The notes: a model not told the origin generated them from the sequence alone. DNA of 64,000 bases from Macrostomum lignano (GCA_002269645.1 NIVC01000350.1:496001-560000), one strand, 5' to 3'; positions 50,039 through 62,689 are shown, counted from the stretch's first letter. A program made the numbers and translations.

Positions 50039-51973
50039 ATGCCCCGCGATCTAATCACCTTACAATTGGGCCAATGCGGCAACCAAATAGGCATGGAGTT
50101 CTGGCGCCAGCTGTGCTCAGAGCACGGCATCTCGCCTCAGGGTGTGCTGGAAGAATTTGCTACCAGTGGCTCAGATCGCAAAGACGTATTCTTCTATCAG
50201 GCTGACGATGAGCACTATGTGCCGAGAGCTGTACTCATCGACCTGGAGCCGCGCGTTATCAATAGCATTATGAACTCGCCGTATTGCAATCTCTATAACA
50301 GAGAGAATATCTTTAAGTCTGAGCACGGCGGCGGAGCTGGGAACAATTGGGCTAGCGGCTATTGCCAGGGTGAAAAACTTCAAGAAGGCGTATTCGACAT
50401 TATCGAACGGGAAGCGGAGGGCAGCGACAGTCTAGAAGGCTTCGTCATGTGTCACAGTATCGCCGGCGGCACGGGCTCCGGCATGGGCTCGTACATCTTG
50501 GAACGGTTGAACGATCGGTTTCCTAAGAAACTGGTTCAAACCTATTCAGTGTTTCCAACTCTGGAGGAGACTAGCGACGTGGTTGTGCAGCCGTATAATA
50601 GCCTGCTGACTTTGCGTCGGCTAACTCAGAATGCAGACTGCGTTGTTGTGCTGGATAATGCGGCCCTGCATCGGATTGCCACGGACCGGCTGCATCTGGC
50701 GCAGCCCAGTTTTGCTCAGATTAATCAGCTGGTGTCTAAGGTAGAGGACAAGAGTAATGTTAATTCATTCATTAGGGGTTGTAGTCTAGTGGTTAGAGCG
50801 TTTGTCTCACGACTTGAAGGTCGGGGGTTCGATTTCCGATCCCACTTGGAACAATTTGTGTCCTTGAACAAGACACTTAGCCCTGCATTGCTTCAGTTCA
50901 CCCAGCTGTAAAATGGGTGCCAGCATTAGCTGGGGTAATTGAGGGTGTGTGTGTGGCGACCCCCCAGTTCTTGTACTGAACAGCCGTACGCAGCCTTCAG
51001 ATGCGCCGTGCAATAGCTGCGGCTGAGCTGTCGGTTGCACATCTGGCCATTAGGGCAGGTGTAATCAATTATTAGTTAGGGTTATATAGTCGCATGATTC
51101 TAGGGTCATGCAAGGTTATATAGTCACATGATCTTAGGGCTATGTAGTCACGTGATGTTAGGGCTATGTAGGGTTATATAGTCACGTGATGTTAGGGGTC
51201 ATCCAGTCAGTGTCATGCAGTCGCATGATCATGCGTTACGCAGTAACTGAATAATAAGTCTATTTACCGATCCCATTTGACTATCCCGAAACAAAATCCC
51301 AACTCCTCAGGTAATGTCCGCCTCAACGGCCACCCTCCGCTATCCGTCCTACATGAACAACGATCTTGTCGGCCTGATTGCCCCGCTGACGCCAACGCCT
51401 CGCCTGCACTTCCTTATGACCGGCTACACGCCGCTGACCACGGAGTCCTCCGAGCAGACCAACATCCGGCGAACCACCGTGTTTGACGTGATGCGCCGCC
51501 TGCTGCAGCCCAAGAACATGATGGTGTCAGCCCCGGCCGAGCGAGACATTCCGCATTGCTACGTGAGCATACTCAACATTATCCAAGGCGAACTGGATCC
51601 CACCGAGGTGCACAAGAGTCTGCAACGGATTCGGGAACGCCGTCTAGCCAGCTTCATCCCGTGGGGCCCGGCCAGCATACAGGTGGCACTGTCCCGACGA
51701 TCGCCTTACGTTCAGAGCACCCACCGGGTGTCCGGCCTGATGCTGGCCAATCACACCTCCATCTCGTCGCTATTCAAGCGAATTATGCAACAGTACGATA
51801 GGCTGAAATCGCACAACGCCTTTTTGAATCAGTTTCTAAAAGAGGCCATCTTTGAGCAGGATCCGGAGATGCGAGAGTTCTCGGATAGTCGGGAGGTGTT
51901 GCAGAGTCTGATTGACGAGCACCGGGCTGCCACTACAGAGGATTATATTCACTGGGGCGCTAGGCAGGCCTGA
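50039..51973 (+). CDS. TUBG1: Gamma-tubulin; exons 50039-50740 and 51311-51973
   Basis: [97 protein letters not shown]. The intron is AAG|GTAGAG...CTCCTCAG|GTA, phase 0. Confidence 0.97.
50775..51074 (+). mobile_element. tRNA-Val-derived CORE-type SINE, copy 2, in the gamma-tubulin intron
   Basis: gtagtctagtggttagagcg...ctcacga...ggttcgatt; core tgtgtccttgaacaagacacttagccctgcattgcttcagttcacccagctgtaaaatggg; same 3' domain as 2936-3245. Confidence 0.87.
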
Positions 51974-52102
51974 CCTATTAACTGAACTGCCTTCCATTCC
52001 GTGTCTGCAGCTGGTCACCTGGACTTTTCTCAATTGTATAATTATTATATTGTTTAGATTGGATTACATCTGAATATAGCTGGGAGTAGTACATGGGTAA
52101 GT

Positions 52103-52622
52103 TCCTTCTCTTCCCTTCTCTTTCTCCTTTTCTACCCCTTTTCTTCCCTATCTCTTCCCGTGTTTTCCTTCTCCTCCCCTTCTCTCCTCTGCCCCTTCTT
52201 CCCCTTCTCTTCCCCTTCTCCCCTTGTCTTCCCCTTCTCCTCCCCCTTCTCCCCTTCTATTCCCCTTCTCTCCTCTTCCCTTCTCCTCCCTTTTTTTCCC
52301 TTCTCTCCTCTTCCCCTTCTCTCCTCTTCCCTTTCTCTCCCCCTTCTCCCCTTCTATTCCCCTTCTCTCCTCTTCCCCTTCTCTCCCCCTTCTCCCCTTC
52401 TATTCCCCTTCTCTCCTCTTCCCCTTCTCTCCTCTTCCCATTCTCTCCTCTTCCCCTTCTCTCCTCTTCCCTTTCTCTCCCCTTCTCTCCCCTTCTCTCC
52501 TCTTCCCCTTCTCTTCCCCTTCTCCTCCCCTTTCCTCCCCTTCCACTTCTCCCCTTCTCTTTCACTCTCTTTCTCTCTCCTTGTCTTCCCTTTCTCTTCT
52601 CCTTTCCCCTTTCTTCCCCTTT
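52103..52622. repeat. Polypyrimidine/polypurine low-complexity tract (TTCCCCTTCTCTCCTC-like units)
   Basis: About 520 bp almost devoid of purines on the plus strand. Confidence 0.95.
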
Positions 52623-53323
52623 TTGATTACCCCCAAGCGATCCAATCTAACTATATCCAGTTAATAAAAAATGTGATCTATTAAAATTCTTAAAACAAAG
52701 CAAATAACTTTTTGCTTGTTAGATCTTTAATTAGGGATGAAATTTCCTATTTATCAACTGTATAATTTGGTTATTTTTTAAGCAGTGTAGCATGATGCAC
52801 TACTGACAAAAATCAGTAGCGAGTTGTGCATTAGGGTTTTTTCCGTGTCTGTATGGCCTAGTTTGTGTGCTGTTAGTAATTTTATTAAATTACTTTATAT
52901 ATTTCTATTTGTTGTATCACCATATACTTTGCATGGTGCTCATAAAAATTAATTTGTTAATGTTTTACAAAACTCCAAGCGCATCATTTGTATACCTGTA
53001 AAGTAGCTTAAACTTATAATTATTTATTAATTCCAAGAAAACCCAGTGCGCACCTGTTCCCCGGCTAATCCTATTGTACAGGGTTTGTAATCTACTTACT
53101 CTTGTATTTTTGTCGATAGTTTTCATAAATTATTCAATACGAACTGAGCTGGCTCAAGTATCCTTACATATCTTGTTTGTTGGCCCTGTAATTTATCTGC
53201 ATTGTTCAAAATATATGCAAATAATGAAGTTATTTTTCTTATAATTTGCCTTGCTGGTCAGCTGACGTTAACTAATGCTGTACAGCCTTTGGTGGTTTAG
53301 TTTGCCTTGTTAGGCTAGAGTTC

Positions 53324-53894
53324 GCGCCAAGCGAAGCGCCAAGCGAAGCGCCAAGCGAAGCGCCAAGCGAAGCGCCAAGCGAAGCGCCAAGCGAAGCGCC
53401 AAGCGAAGCGCCAAGCGAAGCGCCAAGCGAAGCGCCAAGCGAAGCGCCAAGCGAAGCGCCAAGCGAAGCGCCAAGCGAAGCGCCAAGCGAAGCGCCAAGC
53501 GAAGCGCCAAGCGAAGCGCCAAGCGAAGCGCCAAGCGAAGCGCCAAGCGAAGCGCCAAGCGAAGCGCCAAGCGAAGCGCCAAGCGAAGCGCCAAGCGAAG
53601 CGCCAAGCGAAGCGCCAAGCGAAGCGCCAAGCGAAGCGCCAAGCGAAGCGCCAAGCGAAGCGCCAAGCGAAGCGCCAAGCGAAGCGCCAAGCGAAGCGCC
53701 AAGCGAAGCGCCAAGCGAAGCGCCAAGCGAAGCGCCAAGCGAAGCGCCAAGCGAAGCGCCAAGCGAAGCGCCAAGCGAAGCGCCAAGCGAAGCGCCAAGC
53801 GAAGCGCCAAGCGAAGCGCCAAGCGAAGCGCCAAGCGAAGCGCCAAGCGAAGCGCCAAGCGAAGCGCCAAGCGAAGCGCCAAGCGAAGCGCCAA
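53324..53894. repeat. Perfect 12-bp tandem array GCGCCAAGCGAA (~47.5 copies)
   Basis: No variant unit seen on reading. Confidence 0.97.
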
Positions 53895-54244
53895 GCCAAG
53901 CTAGATCTTATCTAGATCTAATTTTCTGTGGATGTACGAGCGTACTTTAAAGTTAAAGTAACTTTACCGCTGCTAATGTACGAGTAGACGCAGGACGGGT
54001 GGATAGTGCAACTCGCTTATTCCCAAAGGTTTGTCTATTTCGCGTACGAGTCTGCTGCAAGAATTTTGCCGAGGATGCACATTTAGTCGCGTAGATGAAA
54101 TATGTAAAACTATACTTTGTATAATACGGTAGTGGAGAAATTCGAGTACACTCAAATACAGTACTCTTCTAATAATCGAATGTTAGAAGTTCGACACTAT
54201 TAAACCGGAGAAATCAAGAAGAATCGCTTATATAAACTTCCTAA

Positions 54245-54592
54245 AGATTCAAACCACCTGAAGATTCTCATCTAAACCACTTGAAGAATCGCATCTAAAC
54301 CACTTGAAGAATCGCATCTAAACCACCTGATGAATCGCATCTGAACCACCTGAAGAATCGCATCTAAACCACTTGAAGAATCGCATCTGAACCACCTGAA
54401 GAATCGCATCTAAACCACTTGAAGAATCACATCTGAACCACTTGTAGAATCACATCTAAAACACTTGATGAATCGCATCTGAACCACCTGAAGAATCGCA
54501 TCCAAACCACCTGCAGAATCGCATCCAAACCACCTGAAGAATCGCATCCAAACCACCTGCAGAATCGCATCCAAACCACCTGAAGAATCGGC
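54245..54592. repeat. 23-bp minisatellite AAACCACYTGAAGAATCGCATCT upstream of the M13 gene
   Basis: About 15 copies. Confidence 0.92.
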
Positions 54593-54924
54593 ATACAGAA
54601 TATGCTTTATTGAAGAGGCAAAAACGCATTAGACCCGCGGGTCTCACAGCTCATCTCATATTGACAGCCCATTCGGATGGCATTCTACACCAAAGGCATT
54701 TCTAGCAACTCTGATTGGATATCCGTCTCAAAGCCAATGGAGGAGCAAATCCACACGCAGTTTAGACAGGAAGCTGGGCGATTACAACTTGTTGACTGAA
54801 CGAAATTGATGGAGAACCGACTCGAGCGACCTTCATTCTTCTCTAGCTGAAAAAACCGAGTGAAAATCGAGCCGCATTGAAAAACAATTCCTTCGAGAGA
54901 AAAACTCTGTGAGCCTGACGCCCC

Positions 54925-57900
54925 ATGTCCTCTGCTCGCCGTGGAGGCTGGAACGGATGCGCCAGCAGCAGCGGCAGCAGCGGCAGCAGCTATCCGAGCT
55001 TCTCAGGGCCCGCCTACTCGCAGGCAACTCAACAGCCGCTGCCGCATCGGCTCAAGCTGTCGGCCTCTCCCGATATCGTCAGCCAACGGATGCTGAAGGC
55101 GGAGGCCGAGTCGGACACGTCTGTCGCTGCTGCCGCATCGTCGGAGGCGCCACTCAAGCGCACCCGGCGACAGCAGCCGAAGCGGCCGGTCCACCTCGCA
55201 CTGCAGCGCCTGCTGAAGCCTTCTTCATCGTTGGGTGGCGGCGGAGGTGCCGAGGTGGCTGAAGAGGATCACCCCGGCGGCGTTGGTGGCAATCAGAGAC
55301 GCAGGCGTCGACGTGAGCGCCTCCTGTGCAGCTGCGTCTGCGCCCTGCTGCTCTGTCTGGCAGCTCTGTGCGGTGGCCTCCTGCTGGTCCTGGCCGCGGC
55401 CAGCCGGCGCCAGGCTGGCGGAGTCGCCGGCCAGTCAGCGCTGGTGCTGCCAGCGGGACAGCAGCGGCAGCCGCGGTACTGCCTTACCCTGGCCTGCCTG
55501 CGAGCGGCGGCCGACATGAAGGAGACGCTGAACCAGACCCTGCCGGCCTGCCGCGACTTCCACGGCTTCGCCTGCTCCGGACGTCAGCCGACTGGCCTGA
55601 CGTCATCGTCGTCGCCGCAGGAGTTCCTCAACGATGTTGACGATTTCGATGACGAAGCCGACCGGTGGTCGCCGATTGAGCGACTTCGCCGCGTCACCGA
55701 GAGACGCCTGCGCGGCCTGCTGGCTTTGGCGGCCTCAGGCCGGGGCCCCGCTGGTGGCGGCTTCTGGCGGGCGAAGCTCGGTGCCTTCTATCGGGCCTGC
55801 GGCTCTCTGCCAGCCGACCACTGCCAGCAAAACGGCGACGCCGGCTGGGAGAACCTGCGGGACCGGCTGCGGTCCTGCATCCTGGGCCGGGGACTCAGTG
55901 AGCGCCAATCTGGACACCCCATTAGCGCCAATCTGGACAGCCCATTAGCCCCAATCTGGACACCCCATTAGCGCCAATCTGGACACCCCATTAGCCCCAA
56001 TCTGGACACCCCATTAGCGCCAATCTGGACACCCCATTAGCCCCAATCTGGACACCCCATTAGCGCCAATCTGGACACCCCATTAGCCCCAATCTGGACA
56101 CCCCATTAGCGCCAATCTGGACACCCCATTAGCGCCAATCTGGACACCCCATTAGCGCCAATCTGGACACCCCATTAGCGCCAATCTGGACACCCCATTA
56201 GCGCCAATCTGGACACCCCATTAGCGCCAATCTGGACACCCCATTAGCGCCAATCTGGACACCCCATTAGCGCCAATCTGGACACCCCATTAGCGCCAAT
56301 CTTGAGCGTACACCCGTCATGGACTACAATCCCCGTTGTCCATGAACTGACTAAGTTTAATACAGAATGTAAAGTCAATATAGAATCAACAAGCTGACAG
56401 ATATTGGTTAAAAATGCCGAGTTGACCTCTAACCGGTTCCTGATCGGTTGGCTAAGTACTGCCATACTCAATGCCTGTGGTCGGTTGTTAACCTCAGCGC
56501 TTCTGACTTTTCCCTACATCTTCCTATCAGTCAATGTCATCCTTCGATCCCCGATTGTGCCCCTAGCCCCGTGTCAACAGGCCAAAATATCCCCAATCAA
56601 TCACTCTATCAAGCCGGTGGGTCGCCACATTGATCTGGGGCTTACCTGGCTGAGCAAGCGAGTAGCAGACTTCGATGAGCCACTACTAGGGCTAATCTTA
56701 TTTTATTGGGTCCCTCCTCAGGTAGCAGGGAATGCCATGCGATACGAGTTGTTAGTATTTGATTCCTAAAATAATTTCAGCCCACCGAATTGCCTGCTTG
56801 CACTCGGAACTGGGCGTGGACACCTTCTTCAGCGTGTTCGTTGACAGCTCACCTGTGTCACCTGGACGGCGGGTGTTGTTTGTAAGTTCACAGGCTGCTG
56901 ACTGCTTTCTGCTTCTGTCTGAGCAGTTGTCACTCTGATCAGGCAGTTGTCACTCTGATCAGGCAGTTGTCACTCTGATCAGGCAGTTGTCACTCTGATC
57001 AGGCAGTTGCACTCTGATCAAGCAGTTGTCACTCTGATCAGGCAGTTGTCACTCTGATCAGGCAGTTGTCACTCTGATCGGGCAGTTGTCACTCTGATCA
57101 GGCAGTTGTCACTCTGATCGGGCAGTTGTCACTCTGATCGGGCAGTTGTCACTCTGATCAGGCAGTTGTCACTCTGATCAGGCATTTGTCACTCTGATCA
57201 GGCAGTTGTCACTATGAATAGCTTACGCACCCACCCGCCTCTCTATCCGCGAGCTCAGCTGGACGAGTACAGACACCCGGACATGCGCAGTGGCGCTCAG
57301 CTCAGAGACCCGGCCGTCCGAGCAAGGTACACCCAGCTGGCCGCCACCCTGGTCAATGATATCGGTTTCCTTGGCAACGGAGTTGGCGAAAGCTACGCCA
57401 GGAGTTCGCTGACTGTGCTAACCGCTCTGGCCGGTATTGCTCTGTCCGAGACTGGCCGGCCGTACAAACAGCGGCCGAGGCTGCGCGCTATTCAGATGAC
57501 GCTGGGCGAGCTCAGACGGAGCCGCCAGCTGGAAGGACTAGCGGTGAGATGGAGAATGCATTGCGAGCCGGTGTGAGACAGACAGGGAGTTGCACTGGAG
57601 GGGCATGGACTGGGTAACATATCTACATGTACATGTAGACTGATGGGTTGTACTGGATCTATAGACACATTCTTGTACCAGATCTATAGACACATGCTTG
57701 TACCAGATCTATAGACACATGCTTGTACCAGATCTATAGACGCATGCTTGTACAATATCTAAGGACACATTCATTTTCCAGATCTATAGACACAGGCTTA
57801 TACTAGATCTAAGGACAAATTCATTTTCCAGATCTATAGACACAGGCTTATACTAGATCTAAGGACACATTCATTTTCCAGATCTATAGACATAGGCTTG

Positions 57901-60871
57901 TACCAGATCTAAGGACACATTCATTTTCCATATCTATAGACACAGGCTTATACTAGATCTAAGGACAAATTCATTTTCCAGATCTATAGACACAGGCTTA
58001 TACTAGATCTAAGGACACATTCATTTTCCAGATCTATAGACATAGGCTTGTACCAGATCTAAGGACACATTCATTTTCCATATCTATAGACACATGCTTG
58101 TACTAGATCTAAGTACACATTCATTTTCCATATCTAAAGACACATGCTTGTACTAGATCTATAGACACATGCTTGTACTAGATCTATAGACACATGCTTG
58201 TACTATATCTATAGACACATGCTTGTACTAGATCTATAGACACATGCTTGTACTAGATCTATAGACACATGCTTGTACTATATCTATAGACACATGCTTG
58301 TACTATATCTATAGACACATGCTTGTACTAGATCTATAGACACATGCTTGTACTAGATCTATAGACACATGCTTGTACTAGATCTATAGACACATGCTTG
58401 TACCAGATCTATAGACACAGGCTTGTACCAGATCTATAGACACATGCTTGTACTAGATCTATAGACACATGCTTGCCTCATAATCCAGACATGTGCGCAT
58501 GATATGTTCAAGTGAAGAATCAGAGCAGTGCTTGAGCAGCAGCTCAAATTCACCTATATCCTTAACGCGTTAAGCTGCAGTTCGACGAGTTGCTGCCCCG
58601 CCTGCTCCTGGGCTCCGACGTGCCAGACTCCGCGGACGTAGACGACCTTCCAGTCGTAATCGGGGATCTGGGATATTTCCAACGGCTTAGCAGACTGCTG
58701 CGAGGCCTACGAGATGAGTGAGCTGGCATTCGCGATTTTTAAGACCACGTGACTTGTATCACGTGACCTGATCAACTGTTCTGTTGCTTATTGCCTTTTT
58801 TGCTCTATAGGTCATGCATTTTATCTACTAGCTTAAGTCTTTTTGCAGGCTTTTATGAACAGATCTATATAATTAATCAAACTCAAAATGAGTCGGGTGA
58901 GATCTCATACCAAATGAGTCGGGTGAGATCTCATACCAAATGAGTCAGTTGAGATCTCATACTAAATGAGTCAGGTGAGATCTCATACCACATGAGTCAG
59001 GTGAGATCTCATGTCAAATGAGTCGGGTGAGATCTCATACCACATGAGTCGAATGAGATCTCATACCACATGAGTCAGGTGAGATCTCATACCAACTGAG
59101 TCAGGTGAGATCTCATACCAAATGAATCGGTGAGATCTCATACCATCCAGCATCTACCAAATGAGTCAGGTGAGATCTCATATTTCTAAATCATTCAACG
59201 CATCCCCGATCGCCTTCCGTCTCAAACAGTGACCTGAAAAAGTTTCTGGAGTTCAGCGCTGTGTACAAATACGCGCCGTATCTGTCAGCAAAGTCCCGCC
59301 GACTAACGCTGAACTTCCGGTCTGGACTGACCGCTTCCGGTTGGAAACAGCTGGACGAGAGGCAGCAGCTGACGGCGGCTTGTATCCGACCTCTGCTGCC
59401 TTCGCCGGGCCTCAGCGCCCTGTTTTTGGCCGACCTGCGGCGCCAAGGACTCAGTTTGCTGCCCGTGAGTGCTTCGGATGAGGGACGGGAGGAGAGGCGA
59501 ACGAGTGGCGGGAGGAGAGGGCGGATGAGGGTGAGGAGAGGGTGATTAGGGGCGGGAGGAGAGGGCGGATGAGGGGCAGGGGCTGGAGGAGCTAGAGCGA
59601 ATTAGGCATGGAAAAAATGCATGGCAGAAATATTCTTGTTACTTTTACATAAATGTAATAACCTATTCCAGATGCAGCAGGTGGTTGTGCCGCTGCTAAA
59701 ATCTGCTTTTATAGACCTGCTGGACTCGGCCAGCGAAGTTGACCCAGCGGTCAGGGCCGAAGCGTCAGAGAAGGTGACCTTGGTCTATCACGAGAGTTGT
59801 GTCTGAGAGCTGTCAAGTGACTCTCTTCATAAATCATCTAGACCCCTCCTTCATAAATATCTCAGATAATCTCGGCCACCTCTGTCGTTATTTTTCCATT
59901 CCTGTCCCTCTAGCTCAGTCTAACTCCCTGACCCTCTCGACCCCACTGTACCAGCCACCTCACTCCTTATCTTTCAATTCCTGTCCCTCTGGCTCAGTCT
60001 AAACCCCTCTCGACCCCATTGTACCAGCCACCTCACTCCTTATCTTTCAATTCCTGTCCCTCTGGCTCAGTCTAAACCCCTCTCGACCCCATTGTACCAG
60101 CCACCTCACTCCTTATCTTTCAATTCCTGTCCCTCTGGCTCAGTCTAAACCCCTCTCGACCCCATTGTACCAGCCACCTCACTCCTTATCTTTCAATTCC
60201 TGTCCCTGTAGCTCAGTCTAAACCCCTCTCGACCCCATTGTACCAGCCACCTCACTCCTTATCTTTCAATTCCTGTCCCTCTGGCTCAGTCTAAACCCCT
60301 CTCGACCCCATTGTACCAGCCACCTCACTTCTTATCTTTCAATTCCTGTCCCTGTAGCTCAGTCTAAACCCCTCTCGACCCCATTGTACCAGCCACCTCA
60401 CTCCTTATCTTTCAATTCCTGTCCCTCTGGCTCAGTCCAACTCCCCAACCCTTTTTTAGCTCTTTATACGCAATATAGTCTCTTGTTTGAACTTTAAATG
60501 GAAAAACCTATTTACATTCTATTCTATTGGTTAGATCAAATCAATAAAGGTGCTTATTGGTCACGGTGGACAGGAACCGACAGAATATTACTTGGCCGAT
60601 TACTACACGGAGGTAAGTAAAGCATTCATATAATTTTTCTAAAAATTTGGTTTTGTAAATTTTTCATCAAATCTCAAATAGGTAAAATCTTTTTGCACTC
60701 TAATGCAGTATGACTCATACGAAGTACTTCCATTGCCTGATTGTCAAACCCGTCAATTTTACAGTGGGAAATCGGCAACAACGAAACTGCAATCGAGGCT
60801 GCACTGGGCTTGGAAAAATTCAAACAGGCCAGGCTGAGAAAACAGCTTTACGGAAAGCACTTTCAGTTGGG
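54925..60871 (+). CDS. Divergent M13 (neprilysin/ECE-like) peptidase, 3'-incomplete; exons 54925-55897, 56781-56881, 57259-57543, 58581-58717, 59230-59464, 59672-59773, 60535-60612, 60765-60871
   Basis: Cytoplasmic tail plus TM anchor; CLTLACLRAAADMKETLNQTLPACRDFHGFACSG and KLGAFYRAC match Peptidase_M13_N. Later exons (LGVDTFFSVFVD, YFQRLSRLL, LKSAFIDLL..AEASEK, IGHG) are phase-compatible at GT-AG junctions. No HExxH exon was found in the window. Confidence 0.75.
55898..56302. repeat. 23-bp minisatellite ATTAGCGCCAATCTGGACACCCC starting at intron position +1
   Basis: The first unit is gtgagcgccaatctggacacccc and includes the GT donor; ~17 copies. Confidence 0.93.
56922..57212. repeat. 20-bp minisatellite CAGGCAGTTGTCACTCTGAT in M13 intron 2
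   Basis: About 14 copies. Confidence 0.95.
57655..58475. repeat. 25-bp minisatellite GATCTATAGACACATGCTTGTACTA with a 50-bp dimeric block, in M13 intron 3
   Basis: Two unit types alternate in ~57760-58140. Confidence 0.93.
58886..59182. repeat. 26-bp minisatellite AAATGAGTCAGGTGAGATCTCATACC in M13 intron 4
   Basis: Units start at 58888 and 58914; ~11 copies. Confidence 0.93.
59890..60445. repeat. 73-bp pyrimidine-rich tandem repeat (~7 copies) in M13 intron 6
   Basis: ccagccacctc at 59951, 60024 and 60097. Confidence 0.93.
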
Positions 60872-61589
60872 GTGAGTCATTGTTGCTTAATACACCGTGC
60901 GTTTGAAACATCGAATTAATGTGACTAAACCTGTAGAGACAAAAGCCTTATGTTCTCTGGCTCAAGTGGACGATATTACGTGTCATACTTATTTATATCT
61001 TCCTGTCTGTCAAAACGCCTCCGCATCCCTATATAGACTTTCTTAATTTTGAAGTGCAATCGATACAAGAGCAGGCCCTGAAACAAGAGGCACGTTCATT
61101 GAAGCAGACTGTTCCAGAAGCCATGCAATGCAACAAGATGAATTGTTCTACGCGCATATTCTGCTTTTATCTTAAACGATGGGGACAAGAACTAAAAGCA
61201 CTCTTGACTTTTCTCAAAAGTGTTCACATTGTCAGATTATAAAAAACTTAAATAAGTGACTGAAAACCATTTTTAGCGAAATCCTAGACTCCACGGCTGT
61301 GAAACCGGTGTACATAGCTGCCTACAATACCGTCTGTAAGTACTCTACTTTATGTGTAAAATTGTGTAGCGTATGAATTTGACGCACTTTTATCAGCACT
61401 TTTAAAACGCCTTAAAAAGCAAACTTATTATTAAAAATCTGACTATTTTTAACCTAACCAAAAGCGGATTTATTTAGTTTAAAATTTTGTTTAACAGCTT
61501 CCATTTTGGCACGGATTTAAATTTTGTACTAAATAGTTTGTGGACAACTATTTTAAAACGAGTTTTTAACAGGAGTTCTTGGATGTGAA

Positions 61590-62035
61590 TCGCAGTCATC
61601 CGTGCTAAGTGGATTAAATATTCGAAAAACGAGTTTTCCTTATGCTTTTAATGGGAGGCTAGAAAAGGTCAAAATCTCGACTGACTGAATTGAAACTCCA
61701 ATTGAGATTGCGCCATAACTTTTTTCTCTAAGTTTCAATACTGGCTACAGTGTGCAAGGGAGAGAAAAAATGCTCAGTGGCTGTGTGTACATTCCTCTGA
61801 CCCTAGCTGAATGCGGACTGCATAGACAATTGCTATTTATAGATTTCACTCAACTGTGCATTGGCTCTGCCTGCGCACTGAGCAGCCTATCACTGCTATG
61901 TATTTGAATGCAGTGTCGAAGCATATATGGCTGATTTTCTCGCCTTTCCATCAATAGGCGGAGTAGCCGCATGTAGGCACTAGGTTTAGGCTAGGCGTAA
62001 GGTCCCAGGTTCGAGTCCACCTCGCTGCGAACAAT
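61590..62035 (+). mobile_element. Diverged member of the Helitron family, ending in a tRNA-like segment
   Basis: gctaagtggattaaatattcgaaaaac and ctgactgaattgaaactccaattgagattgcgcca match the minus strand of 14100-14310; B-box ggttcgagtcc at ~62008. Confidence 0.55.
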
Positions 62036-62689
62036 TAAATTTGAATTAATTTATATTTATTTGTAACTTATGCATCGACTAATTAGAACATCTTTCGATT
62101 AATATTGATTAATAGCGATTGAAATTTTTTTATTAAGTAAAGCAATTAATTACGAATTTTTGCTAATCGGCACAAGCCACTAAGCAAATTTGATTTGTAA
62201 AACTGCTTCAAGTCTGGCTGATCTCATCAATGGGTGTTGCCTAGCTCCATTTATAGTATGAAATTGCTAAAATGCAGACAATGCTGCTAAACTGCTGAAG
62301 GCATAGGCACAGCTATAAATCCTGAGTTGTGCAAAAGTCCGCCGATATGTATCGAACACTGATTAATGAGTCGTACTAAATGCTGAGAAATGTTTTAAAT
62401 TGTTGAAAGGATCATTGCAAGTTTGCTGAGACTGAGGAGCCAGCCGAGAGAACTGCAAAATGCTTGGGGATGAATGAGAATTCTTGAGGGAATAGTATAG
62501 GCTTCTCTTCGAAAATAGCCGCGTTGTAGATGCAAAGCAGATGGTCGGCAATTGGAGTCTGCATTGAAGCTGAAAAGTATCCCTATAACTTTGAAATTTA
62601 GAAATTTTCATTGAATGATATTATTCTGGGACTGCATTAATCTTTTAGATCAGTGCCAATCTATTGTGAGTATGTGCTAATTTGCAGAG

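Noticed and set aside
50775-50850. tRNA-Val gene (also 2936-3005)
   Set aside because: The acceptor and anticodon stems pair poorly, and the sequence continues into a shared SINE body and tail
52093-52684. Pro/Phe/Leu/Ser-rich and Glu/Gly/Arg-rich ORFs
   Set aside because: Translations of the CT-rich low-complexity tract
53310-53899. 194-aa ORFs (ALRL)n and (AWRF)n
   Set aside because: Artefacts of a perfect 12-bp repeat
61050-61242. Candidate next M13 exon after TTTTGAAG
   Set aside because: The phase-compatible frame hits a stop and shows no M13-like residues
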